This document shows positions 57,717 to 63,934 of a stretch of 63,934 nucleotides of DNA, one piece after another (within the stretch, counting starts at the first letter, position 1; every line of letters begins with the position of its first letter). Source of the DNA: a virus. Its lineage: Duplodnaviria > Caudoviricetes. Both the position numbers and the translations under genes were made by a program. The notes under the pieces are model-generated. The model did no database searches, was not told the origin of the DNA, and was given only the letters and a program-made list of their open reading frames with translations. The DNA lies in IMG/VR virus record IMGVR_UViG_3300035156_000168, positions 1 through 63,934 of that record, one strand, 5' to 3'.

Positions 57717-58134
57717 GAACCTCCGCGACGCATTGCAGTCCGTCTACGACCAGCGTGGGCTTCTCACGCCTGCGTTGGTCGTAGATGAGGCCCGACCCGA
57801 TGACCACCCCCTGCATAACCGGTTCGAGTGGGACGACTCCATCGCTGGCGAGGCGTACCGCCACCAGCAAGCCCACCGGCTGATTACGTCGGTGCGGGTC
57901 AACATCGGCCACGACAAGCACGGCCCCAAGGACGTCCGGGCATTCGTAGCTGTGCCGACGTCGCTGCCGCAACCGAACTACATGCCGATCGCCGACGCGT
58001 TCGCCGACGACATGACCCAGCGCATCGTGCTCGCCGAGTTCGAGCGTGCGCTCAAGCAACTGCACCGACGCTACGGACACCTCAAGGAGTACGCGCAGAT
58101 GTTGAGAACGCATTTGACAGAGGACGCGGCATGA
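57715..58134 (+). CDS. accessory protein downstream of the array
   Basis: LTP..VVDEAR..DHPLH..FEWDD..A...YR..QA..LI; ATG lies in the last pentamer. Confidence 0.75.
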   Translation: MNLRDALQSVYDQRGLLTPALVVDEARPDDHPLHNRFEWDDSIAGEAYRHQQAHRLITSVRVNIGHDKHGPKDVRAFVAVPTSLPQPNYMPIADAFADDMTQRIVLAEFERALKQLHRRYGHLKEYAQMLRTHLTEDAA

Positions 58135-58352
58135 CCGGCCCGATGGTGTGGGCGAGTGACGGCGAGTTCTACATCGCTGACACCGAAACCCCGCGCGACG
58201 GCTACTCCTCGCCGCGACTGGCGCGGTGCGACATCGTGCAAACCCCCGATGACCGCACGGGGGAAGCGCTTTGGCGGCTGATCGTCGCCGCTGTGGAGTC
58301 GCACGCGAAGGACCGGGCGGCGGTGCCTTTCGGAGGAGCACCGCCCCCTTAG
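58131..58352 (+). CDS. hypothetical
   Basis: ATGA coupling, GAGGA RBS. Confidence 0.5.
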   Translation: MTGPMVWASDGEFYIADTETPRDGYSSPRLARCDIVQTPDDRTGEALWRLIVAAVESHAKDRAAVPFGGAPPP

Positions 58353-58520
58353 ACGGGTGCCGCCGCACCCCCCCGGTGGCGGCACCTCAATCGTCAGGCG
58401 GCGGGTTGAGTCCCCCCAACTCCCCGCCGTCTGACCCCCAACCGCAGGCAGGACACAAGGCAGGGCGCCGGGCCGCATTCCGCGAGAGGACCCGACGCCC
58501 TAGACGAAAAGGAGTATCGC

Positions 58521-58814
58521 ATGACTGGACCCGAAGACTTCCCCGCCACCGATGTGCTGCGGTGGGAGCAAGTCACCGTCGACAAGGCGTTCGCCGAGAT
58601 GGTGATGGTCGACGACAACGCCCGCAACGCCGCCGACTGGGAGCAGCGCCTCGCCGACAACGAAGACGTGACCGACTGCGACCTGGGCGTCATGTTCGTC
58701 GAGGAGCCGCGGTTCCAGTGGGAGTTGCTGCTCATCACCGCGACAGCGCTCGCGTTCTGGGTCGGCATCGGCGCCGCTGGTGTTGCGGCGTGGAACTGGC
58801 TGGTGCCGCGATGA
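58521..58814 (+). CDS. hypothetical with C-terminal TM
   Basis: AAGGAG RBS. Confidence 0.6.
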   Translation: MTGPEDFPATDVLRWEQVTVDKAFAEMVMVDDNARNAADWEQRLADNEDVTDCDLGVMFVEEPRFQWELLLITATALAFWVGIGAAGVAAWNWLVPR

Positions 58815-58899
58815 GCGCCACGGGAACCCTGAACGCACTCGCCGTCGTCGGGTTGCTGCTGCTCGTGTGTGTCGCGGCGTTCTGGTTCGGCGGCCGGCG

Positions 58900-59214
58900 A
58901 TGACGATGCACCTCGACCCCCGTTTCGTTCAGCTACTCGGGTTGCCGACCTGTGCGTGTGGCGGCACCGGCACGGTGCAGGTCACAAACTTCACCGCCGA
59001 CGGCCTGCTGCACACCAGCGAGCCGTGCGACTGCGTCGACAACGTGGTGGCGCTCCGCAAGGTCACCCCCGCTGTCATGGCCCGCCCCCGCAAAACGGTG
59101 TGCAGGACGTGCGGCGGAACCCGGCGCTATCTGTGGACGAAGGTCGGCGCGGCTGGCGGCGAAATAGTCGACCGTTACGGCGACTGCCCCGACTGCGCAG
59201 GCGGTGCCGCGTGA
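58900..59214 (+). CDS. DnaJ-like Zn-finger small protein
   Basis: CACGGTG, CRTCGGT, CPDC. Confidence 0.55.
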   Translation: MTMHLDPRFVQLLGLPTCACGGTGTVQVTNFTADGLLHTSEPCDCVDNVVALRKVTPAVMARPRKTVCRTCGGTRRYLWTKVGAAGGEIVDRYGDCPDCAGGAA

Positions 59215-59690
59215 GCACCGATCCGCTGGACCTTGCCGCCATCATGGCCGAGCACGCCGATGTCGAGGCTCGCTGGCGTCGCTCTGGCGCCGACAGTGGC
59301 TTCCAAACTAACGAGTGCCAGTGCGAGGACGCGCCGCACGAGAACGCGTTACACGATCTCGCCGCCGAAGACGTCCCCGCCTTGCTGGATCAGGTCAAAC
59401 GTCTGGCTGCTGACCTCGGCGCCGAACGGGACAAGGTGCGGCGGGTGGAATGGCTGCGCGACCATTGGGCTTTCTGGCCCAGCATGTCTAAAGAAGTTGC
59501 CGAGCTTGACGCCGCTCTGGCCGGTGAGGGTGCAGTCGGCCAGCCCGTGTGCCTCTGCCCCAAAAATCTCATCGGGTCAGTAGCGGGGTGCCCTCGGCAC
59601 AAATCGCACCCGTTCGACAACGGCCCACAGTGGGAGGGCTACGAGGGCACCAGTTTCGGACTGCACAGCCCGACCGGCGGTGCCGCATGA
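59211..59690 (+). CDS. hypothetical, partial paralog of 2098-2400
   Basis: Shared blocks TDPLD.AAIMAEH, RLAADL, AALAGEGA. Confidence 0.6.
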   Translation: MSTDPLDLAAIMAEHADVEARWRRSGADSGFQTNECQCEDAPHENALHDLAAEDVPALLDQVKRLAADLGAERDKVRRVEWLRDHWAFWPSMSKEVAELDAALAGEGAVGQPVCLCPKNLIGSVAGCPRHKSHPFDNGPQWEGYEGTSFGLHSPTGGAA

Positions 59691-59854
59691 CCGCCGTCAT
59701 CGCCATGTTCACCAACGATCAATGGCTCGCCATCGTCAAGGGCGTCGGCTTCCTCATCTTCTGGTGGATCACCCTCAGCCCAGTCCGCAAGTTGTGGACG
59801 TCGCCGCGCCACATTCACCACCACACCGACGCCCGACGCGCCAAGGACAACTGA
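59687..59854 (+). CDS. small membrane protein
   Basis: Coupled, hydrophobic. Confidence 0.5.
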   Translation: MTAVIAMFTNDQWLAIVKGVGFLIFWWITLSPVRKLWTSPRHIHHHTDARRAKDN

Positions 59855-60102
59855 TGCCTTTCAACCCGTACGAACCCGAATCCGAAGCAGAACGCAACAG
59901 CAACGCCAAGTCCTACACGCGGGCGGAAGTGAACGCCGGCGCCTACCCGGCCGGGACACCCGCCCACTACACCAAGATCCGGTCCGCCGGCGGTCTGTAC
60001 GTCGCCGTTTGCAGCTGCCTCTGGCGGTCGAACGCTGTCTGCTACACACCCGGCATCGCGCAAGCGGAAGCCGAACGACACATCAAGAGGTCGGCGGCAT
60101 GA
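59854..60102 (+). CDS. hypothetical
   Basis: AAGGA RBS; CSC.W. Confidence 0.5.
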   Translation: MPFNPYEPESEAERNSNAKSYTRAEVNAGAYPAGTPAHYTKIRSAGGLYVAVCSCLWRSNAVCYTPGIAQAEAERHIKRSAA

Positions 60103-60683
60103 GCATGTCACCGGAGAAAGCTGCTCAGCTGCGTAAGCCGTTCGAGCCTGCACAGATCGGCCGCCTACCCAAGGGCGGCGTCATGCTCGACTACGTCGGG
60201 CACGCCGCGACAACCGACCGTCTGCTGCAAGTTGACCCGTCGTGGACGTGGGAGCCACTCGCTGTAGACGCCCAAGGTCTGCCGGCGGTCGACCAAGCCG
60301 GAAACCTGTGGATCAAACTCACGGTCTGCGGAGTAACCCGGCTCGGCGTCGGCGACGGCAAGAACATGAAGGAACGCATCGGCGACGCCATCAGGAACGC
60401 CGCGATGCGGTTCGGTGTCGCCTTGGATTTGTGGGCGAAGGAAGACCTCAACCCAGAACACCGCGACGAAACGCCGAAGGCAGCGCCCGTTGTCACACGC
60501 GGCAACTCCGACGTTGCAGAGGCCCAAGCGCGCGTGTGGGCGGCGTCCAATATCCCGCTCAAAAACGGAAACGACGACACCCGCCGCGAGTTCATCCGCA
60601 AAGCCATCACCGACCGCGGCTACGACCGCCTCAAAGTCAGCGACCTCAACGACCTCGCATCAGAGTGGGAGTTAGCCAAATGA
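60099..60683 (+). CDS. Rad52/Sak-like single-strand annealing protein
   Basis: LDYVGHA..TDRL..VDP.W, K..IGDAIRNAAMRFGVALDLW. Confidence 0.75.
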   Translation: MSMSPEKAAQLRKPFEPAQIGRLPKGGVMLDYVGHAATTDRLLQVDPSWTWEPLAVDAQGLPAVDQAGNLWIKLTVCGVTRLGVGDGKNMKERIGDAIRNAAMRFGVALDLWAKEDLNPEHRDETPKAAPVVTRGNSDVAEAQARVWAASNIPLKNGNDDTRREFIRKAITDRGYDRLKVSDLNDLASEWELAK

Positions 60684-61171
60684 ACGCAGCAGAACGCCTC
60701 ATGGCACTCAAAGCCCTACAGGTTGGCGTCAACGCCGCCGTCGAAGAAGCGACCCGCGAAGTCGACGCTCTGCGGGAAGCGACGTCGAGCAAGTCGTTCG
60801 ACACCCGGTTTGGGACGTTGGTGCTGACAGCTCCGAAGCCGACCATCCAATTCGCTGTCGTCGACCTACACCGCTGGGTGAAAGACAACCTGCCGCACGA
60901 GTACATCCCGGCCCACACCGAAACCGTAACCGTCGAGCATCCGGCCAGCATCCACCCAACCGCTGAGGCGACGCTGCGGAAGCGGTGCAGCATCGCCAAG
61001 GACGGCAGCGTTGTCGACACCGAAACGGGTGAGTTGATCGAGTTCGCGTCCGTCACTCAACGCAGCCCCTACTGGACCGGCAGGCTGTCGGACGAAACCA
61101 AGCAGGAAGCCGTCGAGACGGTGCTGTCCAGGGTTGATGCGGTGACCGGGTTGATGGTTGTCGAATCATGA
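60680..61171 (+). CDS. hypothetical recombination-module protein
   Basis: VVDTETGELI; coupled. Confidence 0.55.
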   Translation: MNAAERLMALKALQVGVNAAVEEATREVDALREATSSKSFDTRFGTLVLTAPKPTIQFAVVDLHRWVKDNLPHEYIPAHTETVTVEHPASIHPTAEATLRKRCSIAKDGSVVDTETGELIEFASVTQRSPYWTGRLSDETKQEAVETVLSRVDAVTGLMVVES

Positions 61172-61512
61172 TGACACTGACTCAGACGTTGGATTCGGTG
61201 GTCGCCATGTACCACGAGCAAGCCATCGAAGCAGCAAAGTCCGAAGCGGAACACAAGCGTGTTCGTGCGAAACGTTTTCTGAAAGCCCGCCACGACGGAG
61301 ACGCGAAGTCGATCGCGGAAGCCGACGCAATCGCCGAAGCCGACGACGTTGTCGCCGACCTGTACAGCAAGCGGCTGATTGCTGCCGCTATCGCTGACTC
61401 TACCAAGCAGAAGATCCTCAGCCTGCGCGAAGAAATCGGGTGGCAGCGCTCGTTGATGGCTAACCGTCGCGAAGCCGACCGCATTCACGCGATGGACGGA
61501 TCGGTCACATGA
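61168..61512 (+). CDS. helical hypothetical
   Basis: Coupled, coiled coil. Confidence 0.55.
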   Translation: MMTLTQTLDSVVAMYHEQAIEAAKSEAEHKRVRAKRFLKARHDGDAKSIAEADAIAEADDVVADLYSKRLIAAAIADSTKQKILSLREEIGWQRSLMANRREADRIHAMDGSVT

Positions 61513-61889
61513 GAACCACAGGACCAACCGCCGACCTGCGGATACAAGCCGTCGAACGCACCAACGGTTTATGCCAGAAGTGCTGGCGGCCGGGCAGCCA
61601 ACTCCATCACCGCAAACCACGCGGTGCGGGCGGGACCAGCGACCCGACCATCAACGCCCTGCCGAACTTGGTGTGGCTCTGCCTCGCCTGCCATGCACAC
61701 ATCGAGCAGCACCGGCTGGCGAGCTACGAAACCGGCTGGCTTGTGCGGCGCAACGCCAACCCAGCCGAGCAATATCTGATCGACAACCTGGGCCGGATGT
61801 TGATGCTGCTACCCGACGGCTCCGTCACCTACTCGGACGTGTTGCCGGACGTGTTTCTGCCGTCCGGTGACCTCACTCCACCTTTCTAA
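61509..61889 (+). CDS. HNH endonuclease
   Basis: CQKC, HHRKPRG.GG, NL..LC..CH. Confidence 0.8.
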   Translation: MRTTGPTADLRIQAVERTNGLCQKCWRPGSQLHHRKPRGAGGTSDPTINALPNLVWLCLACHAHIEQHRLASYETGWLVRRNANPAEQYLIDNLGRMLMLLPDGSVTYSDVLPDVFLPSGDLTPPF

Positions 61890-61900
61890 CAGGAAGTGCC

Positions 61901-62236
61901 ATGACCAAACCCCCTGACTTGTTCGCCCGGGCGGCCGCGTCCGACGACAGCGCCACCCGCCAGTTAGGCGCCGAAATCGAAAAGTCGACCGCCGACCTGA
62001 AACAACGCCTGCGAAACGAAGCGGAAACCGAACTGGCGGCGTTGGAGAAGCGCCGCGCCGAACTGCGCGCCGTCATCCACCGCCGCACCGAACAGAAGGC
62101 CACCAAGGAAGCCGACGACAGCCGACCCGCAGCCATTCGCGCCTGGGCGATCGAGCAGGGCATGGGCGTCAAAAAGCGTGGGCGGATCGCCGCTGAAATC
62201 GTCGAACTGTACGACGCATGGCACGGACAGCTATGA
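61901..62236 (+). CDS. Lsr2-like DNA-binding protein
   Basis: IRAWA...G..V..RGRI...IV..Y C-terminal domain. Confidence 0.8.
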   Translation: MTKPPDLFARAAASDDSATRQLGAEIEKSTADLKQRLRNEAETELAALEKRRAELRAVIHRRTEQKATKEADDSRPAAIRAWAIEQGMGVKKRGRIAAEIVELYDAWHGQL

Positions 62237-62421
62237 CCGTCACCTACGCCCCGCCCGCAGCGTGGCGCACCATCCGCTACGACTACCGAATCCGGCTACC
62301 CCAACAGCACAGTTGGATACGCGCCACCGACCGGCAAGTCGTCGAAGCCGACAAAATCAACCGACGCTACGGCGACCGGATCGTCGGCGTCAGGTACAGG
62401 ACACGGCAGGTGCCGCTGTGA
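62233..62421 (+). CDS. hypothetical
   Basis: Coupled both sides. Confidence 0.45.
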   Translation: MTVTYAPPAAWRTIRYDYRIRLPQQHSWIRATDRQVVEADKINRRYGDRIVGVRYRTRQVPL

Positions 62422-63934
62422 CCGGCTCAGCTCAAATCATCCGCGGCAACGCCCTCGACCTGCCGCTGGCGGACGCGTCCGTCGATCTCATCTGCACGAG
62501 TCCGCCTTATTTCGGTTTGCGCTCGTACACCGACGCAGGGGAGCACTACGCCGGCCAGATCGGTGCGGAAGCAACACCCACCGAGTTCGTCGACGCGCTC
62601 ATCCAGGCGACCCGCGAAATGGTGCGCTGCTTGAAACCGTCCGGGTCCATCTGGATCAACCTCGGCGACTCGTACGCAGGCGCCGCTCCCGGACCGCAAG
62701 GCAAGGCAGGCCAGCGCGCCGACCGGGCCAGCGCTAACGAACCGTCTCGAGCGGCGGTCGCGCGCGGCGGCGACCATGTGCGAGCGAAAAGTCTCCGAGG
62801 GGTGCCGTGGCGGTACGCGCTCCGCTGCATCGACGACCTCGGGCTCATCCTCCGCGCCGAAGTCATCTGGGCGAAACCCAACGGGCTACCAGAATCGGTG
62901 ACCGACCGGGTGCGGCGCAGCCACGAGCAGTGGTTTCACTTCACTCGGGAGCCGCGCTACTTCTCGGCGGTAGACGAGATACGAGAGCCCCATGCACCAT
63001 CGTCGATGGCTCGGTACGCCAGCGGATTCGGACAGACAAAGCACAGCGCAGAACTAGACAAGCGGTACAAGGCTGACACGCTTGAGGCCAACCCGCTCGG
63101 CAAGCTCCCCGGCTCGGTGTGGACGGTGCCGACGCAGCCGTTGCAGGTGCCGCCCGAACTGGGCGTCGACCACTTCGCATGCGTTGACACTGACACGGAG
63201 ATGCTAACCAGTCGCGGCTGGTTGCGCTGGGACGAAGTCAAGGTCGGCGATCTAGCCGCCAGTTACGACGTGACCACCGGCCGATCGCGCTGGACCCACG
63301 TCCAAGCGGTCAACACCTACGACTACGACGGCGACTTGGTGTCCGTCGAATCGCGCGACCTGTCCATGCGTCTCACACCCAATCACCGCACCGTCGTCCA
63401 GCGCACTCGGGGACGGAGCAAGCAGCGCGGTCCGGTCGAGATTGTGGAAGCGCGGCAGCTCGACCGATACCACTCCATCCCCCGCTCCGCCCCGTGGACG
63501 CACACCACCGACGACAGCGTCGGCACCGGATGGGCGAGCATCCTCGGATGGGTCGCGGCTGAGGGTTGGTATCAAGGCCGCTGCGTGTACCTGTCGCAGT
63601 CTGCAACAGCCAACCCCGACAAGGTGAAGCAGATCGACGCGCTACTACCTGACGCGACGTGGCGGCGGGAGCGGCAACGCGAGTGGCGCGGCACACCGTG
63701 GCTCGACGTGCAATGGCGCCTGTCAGACACTGACGCGATCGCGGTCCAGAAGGCGATGCCGGACAAGCTGCTGCCTGCGTCGCTCATCACCGCCACCACG
63801 TCCGAGCGGTGGGCTGTGCTCAACGCCTTCATCGCTGGCGACGGTCACGTGCGCCTAGACGATGAGCGCATCTCGATCTTCCAGAAGTCGCGGCACAACT
63901 TGGACGTGTTGCAAGCCATCGCGGTCACGTTGGG
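62418..63934 (+). CDS. DNA methyltransferase allele B with intein, runs off the window (not in ORF track)
   Basis: SVDLICTSPPY catalytic motif, LKPSGSIWINLGDSY; frame open to the end. Confidence 0.9.
   Translation, partial: MTGSAQIIRGNALDLPLADASVDLICTSPPYFGLRSYTDAGEHYAGQIGAEATPTEFVDALIQATREMVRCLKPSGSIWINLGDSYAGAAPGPQGKAGQRADRASANEPSRAAVARGGDHVRAKSLRGVPWRYALRCIDDLGLILRAEVIWAKPNGLPESVTDRVRRSHEQWFHFTREPRYFSAVDEIREPHAPSSMARYASGFGQTKHSAELDKRYKADTLEANPLGKLPGSVWTVPTQPLQVPPELGVDHFACVDTDTEMLTSRGWLRWDEVKVGDLAASYDVTTGRSRWTHVQAVNTYDYDGDLVSVESRDLSMRLTPNHRTVVQRTRGRSKQRGPVEIVEARQLDRYHSIPRSAPWTHTTDDSVGTGWASILGWVAAEGWYQGRCVYLSQSATANPDKVKQIDALLPDATWRRERQREWRGTPWLDVQWRLSDTDAIAVQKAMPDKLLPASLITATTSERWAVLNAFIAGDGHVRLDDERISIFQKSRHNLDVLQAIAVTL
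63180..63934 (+). mobile_element. intein with LAGLIDADG endonuclease, truncated by window end
   Basis: CVDTDTEMLTSRGW (block A), LTPNHR (block B), LGWVAAEG and LNAFIAGDG. Confidence 0.9.

Noticed and set aside
56961-58368. Pro/Arg-rich minus-strand ORFs over the array
   Set aside because: By-products of the pentamer periodicity; no RBS or coupling.

Overview
The window is essentially one complete genome (about 62.8 kb per unit) of a temperate, high-GC actinobacterial siphovirus in non-integrated form. It has an intact attP with a tRNA-Arg(TCT) core, and the contig opens inside a DNA methyltransferase gene. Order: replication/recombination and small early genes (1-8.9 kb); packaging, head and tail (8.9-37.7 kb); membrane/lysis region with GH16, papain-like protease, EEP-M15 endolysin and holin (37.7-43.3 kb); hicAB; an FtsK/TraB plus cell-wall-hydrolase module resembling actinomycete conjugation (44.6-49.2 kb); attP, integrase, immunity (52-56.5 kb); early operon. 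The most striking element is at 56.6-58.1 kb. A small RAMP/Cas7-like gene is followed at once by a 476-nt array of GGYNN pentamers cut into 8 units by GGCA tetramers, then a conserved-looking accessory gene. This is a candidate RNA-guided system whose information lies in the NN dinucleotides. Also notable: an HNH endonuclease gene hidden in a second reading frame inside the methyltransferase, a second methyltransferase allele carrying a LAGLIDADG intein instead, and an 11-residue Trp/Thr repeat virion protein. All assignments come from reading motifs and synteny by eye; no searches were run.
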